Shown here: positions 51,597 to 63,400 of the stretch, in pieces
Numbering within the stretch: the first letter of the stretch is position 1
Layout of the letters: each line of letters begins with the position of its first letter
NCBI GenBank assembly: GCA_963823665.1
Contig: CAWGMQ010000005.1
Span: forward strand, 800,001-864,000
Direction of reading: 5' to 3'
DNA from: an uncultured Planctomycetota bacterium
GTDB taxonomy: Bacteria; Planctomycetota; Planctomycetia; Isosphaerales; Isosphaeraceae
Length of the DNA: 64,000 bases
Program-made: the position numbers and the translations under genes
Notes under the pieces: generated by a model
What the model was told of the DNA's origin: nothing
Databases searched by the model: none
What the model saw: only the letters and a program-made list of their open reading frames with translations

Positions 51597-52039
51597 AACC
51601 TACTCTTCTTGTTGAACAATCCTCAAACTCTCTGCGCACATCCCACAGTCGTAGAACGACGGATGGCATGGGATGCCGACGCGGGACATTGTCGACGCTG
51701 ATCCCATCAAATGCAAGAAAAATTATTTTTTCATTAATTTAATATTTCAATGCTCCTTATCTGACGCAACGGCGAGCTGGCATGGCACTTCTGATCAGAG
51801 TCAACGGAGACGACACGAAAGAACCAGCGCAGAATTCGGCCGCGACAGCGAGAATCACGTGGCGATCGTTCCGGAACGGCGGGCCGGACGGCCCGATCTC
51901 GCAGTCCTGGGACGTGCACGGGTGGCTCACGATTCCCGAGCAACTTGGCTGAGGGCGTCGAGAAAGCCCCTGTCCCATCGATTATCTTGAGCCACGGTGC
52001 GTCAATTGCCTTGGGCACTCACAGTCGAAGGAGACCGAC

Positions 52040-52305
52040 TGACACTCTGCTTCGCGGCCATCAGGACGAACGGTCTGCTCCAGGCCGAGATCGCTTACCG
52101 TTTCGCGCACCCACTTCTCTTTGCCGTATGGTCGTCCCCTTTCGATGCTCACCCGCACTCGGTCTGATTCCTTCGTGGTCAAAGGAGCGCTGAAAGCGAG
52201 CCGTCCAGTTCGCCGGCCGTTCCACCGACCAAGTTGCCGCAGGTGAGCCTCAACCGTCACACGCTCGAACGCCTCAAAGTCGGACTCCTTGCGAAACATA
52301 TGCAT
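52040..52305 (-). pseudogene. RAYT (Y1) transposase with large internal deletion
   Basis: N-terminal FRKESDFEAFER joined to C-terminal SIERGRPYG-x-x-x-WV...LGLEQTVRP-x-GR; HUH/Tyr core absent. Confidence 0.6.
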
Positions 52306-53099
52306 CCTTAAACAAACGAAGTTTCCCTAAGGATCGCTATGCTCAAGCGTCATCTCCTCACCTCGAATCCCCCAGCGACCCCCGGAGACTAAACCGAAAT
52401 CCGCTCGACGACCTTCCGGGTGACTTTCCTGCGGCGCCGGTCATAGAGCCTTGTTGTTCTGGGGTCGGCGTGGCCGGCTAGCCAGTTCGAGTTGTGGAGG
52501 CATTGTTCCATGGTAAAAGACCACGGGGCGGTTCACAGTGCGCGCGGGGCGGCGTTTGCGCCGCCGAGTCCGTCGACGCGACCTAGCGACGCTGAATCGC
52601 CGCGCGAAGCAGGGCGCACATAAGAGCCGAGGTCGAACAAGACCTCAACCACTTGATGTCCACGGTTACCGATCCGCGTGAGGCCATTCTCGAGGCGCTC
52701 CGCGAGTTGTGGGGCGGTGAGATCCCGCCTGGTTTTCTCAAGTGAGGGGAAAACCGCTGTCCAGCAGTAGGGGGTTGGATGGAATGTCGCGGGTCGACCT
52801 GCGGGAGCGATCCGCCAGGTCGACCCGGCGTCTAATACCTGTCCTCTATGAATCACTCGTCTCGGATGGCCGAATGATTCGACACCGCCCGATGCGGCAC
52901 CTCGATTGATCCAGTCTAATCCAGACACGGACGTTGCACAAATCGCAAAGCCAGCGCTTCCCCGACCAAGTGTGGCTACTTCTGCAAATCTTCTGCACAC
53001 ATTGCCCGTGTCAGCCCAATGCGACCACAATGCGATCCACGGCCGCAGGCTGTCGTAGACCTCGGCAAAACCCCTGAAATCTACGTCAAATCAACTTCA

Positions 53100-53184
53100 G
53101 CCCAACGCGAGACTGATGGCAGACGCGCCGGACTCAAAATGCGGTCCCTGTAATGGGGTGTGGGTTCAAGTCCCACCTTCGGTA
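53100..53184 (+). pseudogene. tRNA-Leu(CAA) 3' portion with non-tRNA 5' end (att-like scar)
   Basis: TGGCAGACGCGCCGGACTCAAAAT...GTGGGTTCAAGTCCCACCTTCGGTA; acceptor stem has 2 mismatches and anticodon stem has 1. Confidence 0.75.
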
Positions 53185-53624
53185 CTGAAATCGGCTACTT
53201 CTTGTCGACCACCAGAACCCCGCTCGGCGCGATCAGCGAAGATGTGCTGTCGAATGTGAGTCGGATCTGGTTGATGACGCCTGTCAGGCCAAGGAGGTTC
53301 CGGGGACGCACCGGTCTGGCGTTGGGATCACCCAGGAAGTAACAAGGGAAGATAGGCTCGGTCGCGTTCAACCAGCGCGCCATTACTGTTTTTCCGTGAT
53401 GTTCAAAGCTCGGTATCTTGGCGCCATTGGCGACCAGAAATCGGCATAAGCAGAGGTTCCCTCCCGTGTGTGCGAGCATGTCGAGAGGCGTCACGATCAA
53501 CAAGCCATAAAACGTCGCTTTCGCGTCGATGTCGGCCCCGCTTCGTAGCGTTAGCTCTCCCACCTTGACTTCATATTCTTCTGTTGCGACATTACTGACG
53601 GATCGCCACCGAGGAGGTCCCACG

Positions 53625-56600
53625 ATGATGGGGCGAAGCGCGTTCCGACTGGGCCTTGGAGGATTCTCTGGGATCGTTACGGCATGGCTTGCCGCCGCTT
53701 CGGCCTGCGCAAGCGAGGGGTATGCCCTGAGCCGTGGCCAGTACTGGCTGACCGACTGGGCGGCCAAGCCAGTAAACTCGCTGGTGGCCGACGTTGACGG
53801 CGATGGGCGGGCCGATTTGGTTGCCTTCGACCCCAGGGGGGACGCATCGCTCTGGGTCCATCGCACCTCGATCCTTGGCAAGCCGACCCCGCAGGTGGCG
53901 GCCCGCGAGCGATTCGGCCGCGAGGGCTTGGCGGCGATCGCCGGACGGTTCACAAAGGGCGCGGGCGAGGATGTGCTTGCGGTCTTCGCCGACGGCTCGG
54001 TGCGCGTCGCCTGGGGCACGCGTCGGGGACATGCGGCCTACGAGCGAGACGACCTCGCCGTGACGATCGCGCCCGGCATGAGGCCGCGTCCGCCGATTCG
54101 CCTGGTGGCGGGCGAATTCGACGGCGACGGCCTGGCTGATGCCGTCGTTGTAGACGATTCCGGAAAGGTGCTCCTCCTGCGCAACGAAACGGCCGGCGCC
54201 TCGCCGCCCAGGTTCCGGTGCGAGGAGGTCGAAGGCACCGTGCCGCCGAAGGTTGCCCAGCTAACCGCCGGCCACTTTGTCGCCGGCGGTCGGGCCGAGC
54301 TTGTCTGGAAGGACGGAGCGAACATAGTCTTCCGGGCAGGCCTGACGTTCTCGCCTGGCGCACACCCCCGCCTCGACCCGGCAACCCGGCTTATGACCGC
54401 GGCGCCAGCCGAAAAGGTCATGGTCGGCCGCTTTCTCGGCGCGGCGACGTGCGACGTGCTCATCGGCCATCGTCTGCTTCCGGGGGGTGTTCCGTCGCGT
54501 GCCTTCGAGGTGACGACCCTCCCGACGGCCGCGGAGATGAAGGGAGACCGTCGCTGGATCGTCGGCGACTTCGACGGCAACGGCCGCGACGACCTGCTCC
54601 GTCAGCGAGAGTCAGACACGCCGTTCGCCGGCTGGGTCGCCCCCGAGCAGCCTTGGTGGTCAAGTCACTATTCGCGATGGACCGACCCATTCCTCGCGCA
54701 CGATACGCTGATCCACTTCTCCTCGCTCGAGGGTGACCAGCACAAGGGCTTTATTTCCTCGTCCGGCGACGGCCTGCTCGATGACTGGAAGACTGGCCGC
54801 GTGCGGCCGGGTGGCCTTGATCTGAAGTCCATCGGCTGCCGGGTCGGGCGCCGCGACGTGATCGTCGAGGTCGAGCGGATCGATTCGATCAACTTCGATC
54901 GGCTCAAGGCGGAGGTCGATTTTACGGTTCGCGCCTTCGCCCAGGCGCACGTGCCAAACCCGGACGGCAGCCGCGGGATCGCTGTGCACGTGATCTACCG
55001 TGAGCCGACGCCTCATAGCCGAGTTGACGACGTCCGACGGCGGATCTTTCACGATTATCCCCAAAAGGAGCATCGGGGCGTCGTCCACACGATGTTTTGC
55101 GTCGATCCGCGCGACCAGGGATTCGGCACCGCGATGATGATGAGCGCCGTCGGTAGCTTCACGACCAACGACGTGATTCTGGACGTCATGACCCACGAGT
55201 TCGGCCACGAGCTTGGCCTCAACCACGACGGCTATCAGCCGCACAATTGTCCGATCTATCCGAGCCTGATGAGCTACACCTACCAAGATAAACTCAACGG
55301 TCGGGCCGAGTTGAAGCAGCTTTCGAGCGGAGCGCTGGGGTCGATCTTGCTTGACGAGCGACGACTCTCGGAGCGCCTGCCGGTGCCGATCGAGCGGGTT
55401 CGGTTTCTGGCCAACGAACCGTACTTCTACCAGTTGCGGCCTGCGGGCGGATCGACCCTGGTCGACTGGAACTGGAACGGAGTCTTCGGGGAGGAGGGTG
55501 TGGTCGCTGACATCAATTACAGCCATTTCACCGATATCGGTCGCCGTAGATACGAGCTCGGAGCGAGCGAGACGGCGCCCGCGCTGGCAACCGTGGGTGA
55601 CGGGCCAGCGGAGCGACTGCTGCTCTTCTCCAGCATCGTGCGCGGCAATTCGCCCCGCCCTGCCCCGGACGCCCCCGCCGCTGCCGCGAACCTCGGCCGC
55701 GAGCGTCCGGGTGCACTCGTCGTCCAAGCGTGGCAGGGTGAGGACCGCGACCGCGACGGTAAGCGGTGGTCAACCGAGACGGTGGTTGAGGCGAACGGCG
55801 TCATCGGCGACCCGACTGCGGTGTCGGGTCGCAGCGCGGTCTGGGTCGCTTACCCCACGGCGGCCGGGGTTCGCCTGCGGCCGGTGGCACTCGGACGTCA
55901 GGCAGACGCGACCCCCCGGGTCGGAGCGCCAGTGCCGATCGAGCAAAGCAATGGGGCGGACCCCTCACTTTCCACCCTTGGCGATGGCCTGGCCCTCTTT
56001 CTGTGGCGCGGGCCGGGCCGGCCGGTCGGCGTGCGCCGACTCGCGCCCACGGCGACCGGGCTCGAGGTGGGCCCGGAGCTCGAGCTGCCGATCGACAGTG
56101 TCGTACCCGTCGCGGCGGTGGCCGGCCCCAAGCGTGGGCTACTCCCGACGGTCTGGGTCGCGTCAATCGGCGGACCCGACCCACAGCATCCCCGGGCGGT
56201 AATTCACCATTACGCCTCCGAGGGCGGCGGCCGCGCGCGGTTTCTCGAGGTCGGGTCGAACGTGGTCGACGGCTCGTTCGCCCGGCGCCCTTTGGCCCTG
56301 CTCTGGCGCCCCGAACACGGGCTCGAGGCGGGGCGAATCTACGTTTTCGCGGGCGGACGGTACTGGGTTGAGAACCGTATCGAGGCAGTTGCTACCCCGT
56401 GGGCCGAACAGACGGTCTCGATCAACGTGCGCGACGGCCCCCGGAACGGCTGGCTCCATCGCAGGTATTACGCGCCCGGCGAGTTCGACAGCCGCTCGGC
56501 CCCCGGCGTCTGCTGGTTTCGCGACGACATCGCCTACGCCAACCGCCTGCATTCCTCTCGCCCCGACCAGAACGATCGCCTCCTCCTCGGCTTCACTGCT

Positions 56601-56693
56601 ACCGGCGCCTTTGACACGATGACCGACTTCAACGACTTCGCCTTCATCGCCGAGATCGGCCTCTCCCATTCGCTCATGACGGTATCCGAATAG
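53625..56693 (+). CDS. Secreted FG-GAP/VCBS repeat protein with metzincin metalloprotease domain
   Basis: SD GAGGAGG; DVDGDGRADL, EFDGDGLAD, DFDGNGRDDL; HEFGHELGLNH with SLMSY Met-turn. Confidence 0.85.
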   Translation: MMGRSAFRLGLGGFSGIVTAWLAAASACASEGYALSRGQYWLTDWAAKPVNSLVADVDGDGRADLVAFDPRGDASLWVHRTSILGKPTPQVAARERFGREGLAAIAGRFTKGAGEDVLAVFADGSVRVAWGTRRGHAAYERDDLAVTIAPGMRPRPPIRLVAGEFDGDGLADAVVVDDSGKVLLLRNETAGASPPRFRCEEVEGTVPPKVAQLTAGHFVAGGRAELVWKDGANIVFRAGLTFSPGAHPRLDPATRLMTAAPAEKVMVGRFLGAATCDVLIGHRLLPGGVPSRAFEVTTLPTAAEMKGDRRWIVGDFDGNGRDDLLRQRESDTPFAGWVAPEQPWWSSHYSRWTDPFLAHDTLIHFSSLEGDQHKGFISSSGDGLLDDWKTGRVRPGGLDLKSIGCRVGRRDVIVEVERIDSINFDRLKAEVDFTVRAFAQAHVPNPDGSRGIAVHVIYREPTPHSRVDDVRRRIFHDYPQKEHRGVVHTMFCVDPRDQGFGTAMMMSAVGSFTTNDVILDVMTHEFGHELGLNHDGYQPHNCPIYPSLMSYTYQDKLNGRAELKQLSSGALGSILLDERRLSERLPVPIERVRFLANEPYFYQLRPAGGSTLVDWNWNGVFGEEGVVADINYSHFTDIGRRRYELGASETAPALATVGDGPAERLLLFSSIVRGNSPRPAPDAPAAAANLGRERPGALVVQAWQGEDRDRDGKRWSTETVVEANGVIGDPTAVSGRSAVWVAYPTAAGVRLRPVALGRQADATPRVGAPVPIEQSNGADPSLSTLGDGLALFLWRGPGRPVGVRRLAPTATGLEVGPELELPIDSVVPVAAVAGPKRGLLPTVWVASIGGPDPQHPRAVIHHYASEGGGRARFLEVGSNVVDGSFARRPLALLWRPEHGLEAGRIYVFAGGRYWVENRIEAVATPWAEQTVSINVRDGPRNGWLHRRYYAPGEFDSRSAPGVCWFRDDIAYANRLHSSRPDQNDRLLLGFTATGAFDTMTDFNDFAFIAEIGLSHSLMTVSE

Positions 56694-56940
56694 TAAGCGA
56701 GAAAACGAAGTTACCCACGATTCCGACGACGAGGGCCGCGAGGAAACCGCTCCGTCAGCGCATCACCCACGAACAAGCCTGTACGGGCCTCCATTCGGAC
56801 GCGAGTTGGGAACAAATTGGGAACAGTATTGGCAACGTCAGCCCCATGCGGCCACAATGCGAAAACACCAAGGTGGCGACGTGCGCGCCTTGGATTCGCA
56901 GACTTTAAGCACCACCGCAACGTGTTTCCAATGCGACGGC

Positions 56941-56971
56941 GATGGCAGACGCGCCGGACGCAAAATCCGGT
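56941..56971 (+). repeat. Second tRNA-Leu(CAA) core remnant (att-like)
   Basis: GATGGCAGACGCGCCGGAC(G)CAAAAT(C)CGGT matches 53115-53145 with 2 differences. Confidence 0.7.
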
Positions 56972-57210
56972 TGGTGTCACCCGTTTTCGTTCAGCTCCTG
57001 CCTGTGGATGTCGACGCCAGTAGCGCTGCACGCTGAAAGTCTTTGGCGATGTCTGGCTCCTCACGCTCTCGCGTATCGACCGCGAGCTCGGGTGCGCTGG
57101 AGCAACCGGAATCGCCCGACAGCGCACGAGTTTGACATTCAAGCTCGACTGGTTCTACGAGTTCGTCCGCGATCCAGTAGATCCCTGCGCACTCATCGAC
57201 ACGATGGCGT

Positions 57211-57534
57211 CTATGCGCAAGAGGCGCGTCGACCTGTGCCGCGGTAGTGGCGCAAGAGTTGCTCGTCCAGGAACAAGGCGACGAGTTCGCCCTCTGTCAA
57301 ACGCAGAAACTGGAGCTGGTATTTGGGTTTGGTGTAGGAGAAGCCGTGCTTCCGCGGGTCGAAGTCGATCGGCGCGTCGAGCCGTTCGCGCATCAATTCG
57401 GAGTTGCGCCGGATTGTGCTCAGGCTGACTTCAAGCCTTTCGCCCAGAACGCGGGCGTTGGGCCACGAACTCTCGCGGGGCGCGTGGTCGATTGCCACAA
57501 TTCGAGCCAGAGCGGGGCGTGCGGCGAGGCGCAT
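57211..57534 (-). pseudogene. HTH-WYL (YafY-like) transcriptional regulator, truncated
   Basis: WPNA-x-x-L-x-x-x-LEVS-x-x-TIRR-x-x-E-x-MR-x-x-L-x-API-x-FD...LTEGELVAL; WYL domain not intact. Confidence 0.7.
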
Positions 57535-57853
57535 GGCAAAGCCTCCCCTCATTCGACCGTCGGGTAACCTAGTCGCGCCCGTCGCGACTCGCCGATCGAG
57601 TGCTCACGGCACTGTATTACTGCGTACCGTAGGACAAAGATCGTCCGCGGTTCCGGCGCGGGGATTTATTTTGGGATTTGCTCCCTGACCAGTCGCTTCG
57701 TTGGACTGGTGCGGGACGTGGGTGAATATCGCAACGGGGGTGAAGCGAATCGTCAGGCTAAAGCCCGACCTACATAGTCGATGTGCTCAGCCGGGCTTGT
57801 GCGATGCGAGCAACCGCCGGATCTGGGCAGCGGGTTTGCAGGTAGCCCATGTG

Positions 57854-58178
57854 TCCTGGGGCTCACGCACGTGAGTCCTGGGGCTCACGCCCTCGAATCC
57901 TGGGGCTCACGATCTCGAATCCTGGGGCTCACGATCTCGAATCCTGGGGCTCACGATCTCGAATCCTGGGGTTCACGCCGCCAGGCTCTATGATATCGCA
58001 CCCTTCGGGGCTCGGGAGGGAAACGGCCGGACCATTCGTCTGTCCTGGGGCTCACGCACGTCAGTCCTGGGGCTCACGCCCTCGAAACCTGGGGCTCACG
58101 CCGCCAGGCTTCATGATATCGCACCCTTCGGGGCTCGGGAGGGAAACGGCCGGACCGTTCGTCTGTCCTGGGGCTCAC
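57854..58178. repeat. Tandem 22-bp REP-derived repeat (TCCTGGGGCTCACG core, about 10 copies)
   Basis: six consecutive units at 22 bp period from 57854, then an ~80 bp unit present twice. Confidence 0.85.
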
Positions 58179-58189
58179 ACCCGTGCGGC

Positions 58190-58588
58190 TCAACGGGAAA
58201 GGCCCCTTTCAGATGCCTGCTCCAGCGACAGTGTCAGCCGCAATTCCAGCGCCCGGGCGTATTTCATAAGCGTCGCCAAGGTCGGATTGGACTGCTTGCC
58301 GGCCTCGAGCCGGCTCAGAGCTGCTTTGTCGATCTTCGATCGCGCGGCGAGTTGTTCCAGGCTCCAACCGCGGGCGAGGCGCTCGTCGCGCAAGCGTGAG
58401 ATGAACTGACTGAAAGCGGCCGAATCCTCGACGGTCGTTTTCTCGCGCTCGCTCACGGTGGCGATTCGGCCCGTCTCACGATACTCGCGGTCGAGGATGT
58501 CGCCGTTGGCCGCGCTCTTTGACCGCGCTTCGGGCGTCTGCGAGCGCGCGACGATCGCTTCGATCTTAGCGCGTTTATCACGAGGCAT
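58190..58588 (-). CDS. XRE-family HTH regulator/orphan antitoxin (start uncertain)
   Basis: LR-x-x-R-x-x-x-G-x-SLEQLA-x-RS-x-IDKAALSRLE-x-G...NPTL-x-TL-x-KYA-x-AL. Confidence 0.8.
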   Translation of the reverse strand: MPRDKRAKIEAIVARSQTPEARSKSAANGDILDREYRETGRIATVSEREKTTVEDSAAFSQFISRLRDERLARGWSLEQLAARSKIDKAALSRLEAGKQSNPTLATLMKYARALELRLTLSLEQASERGLSR

Positions 58589-59662
58589 CTTACCAAGGGC
58601 TTCGAGCGTGCGTTTCGAAAGCCTGACGGGGTCGATGTCAGTCCCCGTAGGCTTTGACCGGGTACGACGTTCTCGGCCGGATGATGATGTACTCACATCG
58701 GTAACCCAAAGCGCCGTGAAGCCGCGTTGATTATAATACAACGTCGTAACAGGCCCTGCAATGTCAGTCCGATGCCACCTCGTCCCTCGTAAACTGGTGG
58801 GCCTGTGGCCGTGCGGGCGCGGAGGGGATTGCGCGCGAAGGGCGGTGGGGCGAATTGTCAGGCTAAAGCCTGACCTACGATTTGCTCCCTGCCGGGTTCA
58901 CACCTGGCTGAATACCGCCAAGCTGGTATTCGGGTTCGTGTCACGGGCGGGACCTCGAAGAATTCGACGTCGACATCTTTTTGGAAACTGGGACGGGCGT
59001 TTTGTAGATCATTTATGGTCGAGGCGGAGGGCGGAGGGCGGAGGAATCTTACTCGAAATGGACGAATACCACATCTTTTGCGCAAATGGATTGGGGCGTT
59101 TGTAGATCATCTATGGTAGAGGCCAAGGGTACCGTCATTTTTCATGTCAAAGGGAGCTGGATCGCCTTGAAACATGATCACTCCAAACCTTCGCGCTGGA
59201 GCGTGTGCGTTGTTGATGGCCGGAGCGGACGACTGGGTCGGGATCACACCCTTCCTCGAGCCGGTGGGTTACACCCACCCTACTTCGAGCGGGGGTTTAC
59301 ACTACTGTACAGATGCTGGAGGACCCACGAAAACGCGCCACTTTGCGCCACGATTGGAGGGGGGCAACGGCTGTCGAAGGGCGGAAAGGGCGTGCCACAT
59401 GTCGAAGTGGCACAGGAGGATCGGAATTTTCCAGCGGGCCTTCCGAGTGTTCGACTACACCGTGGCGCGGGTCGTACCAAAGCGCCACGCAGGGTCGGGG
59501 GTCTTGTTCACTATGTTTAACCGAGGTTGCTTCAAGCGGATTTCCGCGCCGGTTTTGGCCGTGTGGCGGTGCGGATTGGGCGGAGAGACACGGGTGGAGC
59601 GAGAAACACAAGAATACGCGCCGGAATTGCGGCCGGGGCGTGGAATGGAAAGGTGAAGGCGA

Positions 59663-60061
59663 GTGATGGATATGCATGAAGTGGATTCCGAGGTGGAAAA
59701 TAAGAAAACTGCGCTTGGAATTGCCATGGGGCGGGGCCAGTCGGTCGCGTCGTGGGCGCGGCAGAACGGGGTGCCCGTGCGGACTGCCCAGCGGTGGGCG
59801 AACGAGACCGCCGTCCGTGAGGCTTCTGATCTGTGGCGGCGGTGCGCGCTGAATCAAGCCATCGGCCGGATGGCTGGAAAGGCCACCAAGGCGGTTGATG
59901 GGATTGAAAGGCTGGCGAAGGGGGCCGATTCGGAGTCGGTTCGGCTCAGCGCCTGGCGGGCCATTCTGGCGGACCAGATGACCCTGGCCAAGTTTTCGAC
60001 TTTAGAGCATCGAATGACGGAGCTTGAGGAGACGCGGAAACGGGCGGAGGGATCGATGTAA
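59663..60061 (+). CDS. Small HTH-containing hypothetical protein
   Basis: G-x-SV-x-x-WAR-x-x-GV-x-x-RTA-x-RW plus coiled-coil end LEHRMTELEE. Confidence 0.6.
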   Translation: MMDMHEVDSEVENKKTALGIAMGRGQSVASWARQNGVPVRTAQRWANETAVREASDLWRRCALNQAIGRMAGKATKAVDGIERLAKGADSESVRLSAWRAILADQMTLAKFSTLEHRMTELEETRKRAEGSM

Positions 60062-60436
60062 ATGATTCCGCAAAGCAACGCGCTTCGATCCGCGGTTTCG
60101 AGCATGTCGCGATTCATCGCAGTTTTTCGAAACCCTGGACTTCGGCGTATTTCCGTGACAGACTTCGCAGGCACGGCTGCAAACCTTCCTCCCGCGGCCG
60201 CGGTCCCCTTTTCCGTGGTTCGAAGCGGTCCTATGATCATTACGATCGGCTTCTTGCGCCTGGGCGGAAGACCAATGCCGGCCCGGTACGAATGCGGTGC
60301 CTGAGCGATCGTGATGCGCGGGCCGTCCTAAGTAACGCCGCAGGAAACGGATACGTACCGCGCTGGACCATCAAGGTAAAGCAAGATCAGCAGCCCGCCT
60401 GCAAGAAAGCGGCTCGCGCGAGAGAGTTGCACACGC

Positions 60437-63400
60437 ATGTCACAACGAGGCCGACGTTCAGCACGGAGTTTAACGATCGCGCGGTTTTTCAATGGGTGGA
60501 CGAGCGTGCGGCCGACAGCGGTGACCCGGCGGCGACGTGGCGTACGTGTTTTCCTGGCAGCGGAGTGGCTCGAAGGCCGCACGTTGCTGTCGGTGCCGGG
60601 CGCGAACGGCTTGGTGCCGTCAGCCTCGCCCGCAACCAGCTCGGAACTCGGGACGTTCAATCTTCAGCTCCGGTCCGGGTCTCTTCAGGCACTTTCGCAG
60701 TTGATGCCGGTCATCACGGCCGACGGGGCTACGGTCACGGCCACCGCCATCTCCGGGCTCTACGTCGTGCAGACGCCCGATCAGAGCATGGGGCAGCTTG
60801 AAGCGGATCTCTCAAGCAACCCCGCAGTCGCCTATGCAGAGCCGGTGCAAACGTTTCAGATCCAGGCCGCGCCCAACGATCCGGATTACACGAATGGCGA
60901 CCAGTGGCAGTTCACCGGGACCTGGGGTGTCAATGCCCAGGCAGCGTGGAACGTCACGACCGGGTCCGACCAGGTGATCGTCGCCGACGTGGATAGCGGC
61001 CTCAACTACAACATCAAGGACATCTACGACAACGTCTGGCTGAACCAGCCCGAGATCCCGGCCAACGTGATCGGCAACCTCACGGACGTTTACAACGACG
61101 GCGTGATCACCTTCACCGACCTGAATAATCCGGCCAACCAGGGCGCTGGAAAGATTGAGGATACCAATGGCGACGGGATCATCACCGGCACCGACGTTCT
61201 CGCCTCGACGAGCGTCGGCGGCTGGGTGAATTCCAGCGTGCCGGACACGCAGGACGGCGACACGGCTGATCCCAATGACTTCATCGGCTGGAACTACGTG
61301 AACGACACCAACAATCCGATGGATGCCGAAGGCCACGGCACGTTCACCGCCAGCGAGATTGCCGAGATGACCAACAACTCCCTGGGCGGCGCCGGCCTGG
61401 TCTGGAACACGCAGATCATGCCGGTGGCGTTCCTCGACTCTTCCGGAAACGGGACCGATACCGCGGCGGCAGAGGCGGTCGACTACGCGGTCAATCACGG
61501 TGCCAAGGTCATCAACGCGAGCTGGGGTGGCACCGGCACCGATTCCACGATTGAAGCTGCGATTGCATATGCTGATTCTCACGGTGTGATCATCGTCGCT
61601 GCGGCCGGCAATAACGGCGCAGATGATGACACCACGTTCTTCAGCCCCGCCTCCTACTCGGCGCAATATCCCAACGTCATCTCCGTCGCCGCCATCGGCA
61701 CCAATGGCTCGCGGGCAAGTTTCTCCGACTACGGCGTCGGCACGGTTCAGCTCGCGGCTCCGGGTGTGAACGTCTACAGCGCTGCCTCGAACGGCGGCTT
61801 CGGGACGATGAGCGGCACGTCGATGGCCGCGCCCATGGTGACCGGGGCGGTCGCCCTGGTCGAGGCCGCCCATCCGAGCTGGACGATGAGCCAGGTCGTC
61901 GACGCGATCGTCGATACGGTCACTCCCGATCCGTCGCTCGCGGGAGTGGTGACCTCGGGAGGGGTCTTGAACGTCGGAGCCGCAGTCGCCAACACCGACG
62001 GCCCCTACGTGGTGTCGGGCACGCCGGACGGCTCGATCAACACGACCGGCGGCTTCTCGACGGTCCAGTTGACGTTTAACGAGGAAATCAACCCGGCAAC
62101 CTTCACTTCCTCCCAGGTCACCTTCACCGGACCCGGCGGAGTCATCCCGGCCGCAGACTTGACGATCACGGCCGTGAGCGGCTCGAACGATCACGAGTTC
62201 CAGATCTCGTTCCCATCCCAGTCCGCCGCGGGCACCTACAAGCTTACGGTCGGGCCCGACATCCAGGACTGGTACGGGAACGACATGAACCAGAACCGCA
62301 ACGGCGCGAATGGCGAGGCCGCGGACGCGTTCACCGAGACCATCCGGCTCACAGCGCCCGGATCGACTGATTTGCTCAGCATCACGGGTATCCCGACGGT
62401 GACCCCCGCAGGCACCGCGGAGACGTTTACCGTCACCGCGCTTTCGCCGAACGGCGGCACCGATACCAGTTACGCCGGCACGGTGCATTTCACCAGCACC
62501 GATCCCCATGCCGTGCTGCCGGCAAACTATCCCTTCACCGCGGCGAACAACGGCACCCACACGTTCACGGTGACGTTCAAGACGGCCGGCAGAGAGGCGA
62601 TCACCGCGACCGACACCGCGAACCCAGCCATCGCCGGCACCGAGGAGAATTTCATTGTCAGCCCGGGCGCAGCCACATCACTGAAAGTCGCCGGCTTCCC
62701 GACGAGCGACACGGCGGGCACACCGCAGACCTTCACAGTCACGGCGCTCGATACTTACGGGAATGTGGCCACCAGCTACACCGGCACGATCACATTCACC
62801 AGCAGCGATGGTGCAGCCGTCCTCCCGCCCAACACGACAATCGTTCCCGAGGACCAGGGAACGTTCTCGTTCACGGCAACGCTCGAGACCGTGGGAACGC
62901 AGTCGATCACGGCCACCGACACGACGACGTCGAGCATCACGGGAACCGAGTCGAACATCAGCGTCGAGCTCACAGTCCCCAAGTCACTGGTGATCACGGG
63001 CTTCCCGGCGACCGTGACGGCGGGGACCGCGGGCAACGTGACCGTGACGGCCTACAATGCCGACGGCACCGTGACGACCGGTTACACGGGCACTGTTGAC
63101 TTTTCCAGCACGGACGGCAACGCCCTGCTGCCCGCCCCTTATACCTTCACGAGTGCCGACGCGGGAACGCACACGTTTTCGGTCACGCTCGAGACTGCGG
63201 GCTCGCAGTCGATCACCGTCACTGATTCGTCCACGTCGACATTGACCGGCACCGAAACGGGCATCACGGTGCAGCCCGCTGCGCTCGCGAAGCTCCTCGT
63301 CTCAGGGTTCCCGACCAACCCCACCGCGGGAACGGCCCATAACTTCACGGTCACCGCAACCGATGCCTACGGAAACGTGATCACCGGGTATCTGGGCACG

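Noticed and set aside
43106..51847. Classical integron with attC sites
   Set aside because: No IntI gene and no RYYYAAC...GTTRRRY-bounded hairpins recognised; the repeats are intron-derived.
53100..53184. Functional tRNA-Leu(CAA)
   Set aside because: The 5' acceptor strand and D arm do not pair properly, and a second partial copy with the same upstream motif exists; better explained as an att scar.
57854..58178. CRISPR array
   Set aside because: Repeat core is 14 bp with 8 bp near-identical spacers, and there are no cas genes; it is a tandem/REP repeat.
60812..62560. 582 aa minus-strand ORF
   Set aside because: Antisense shadow of the plus-strand S8 protease; low-complexity R/G/V/D composition.
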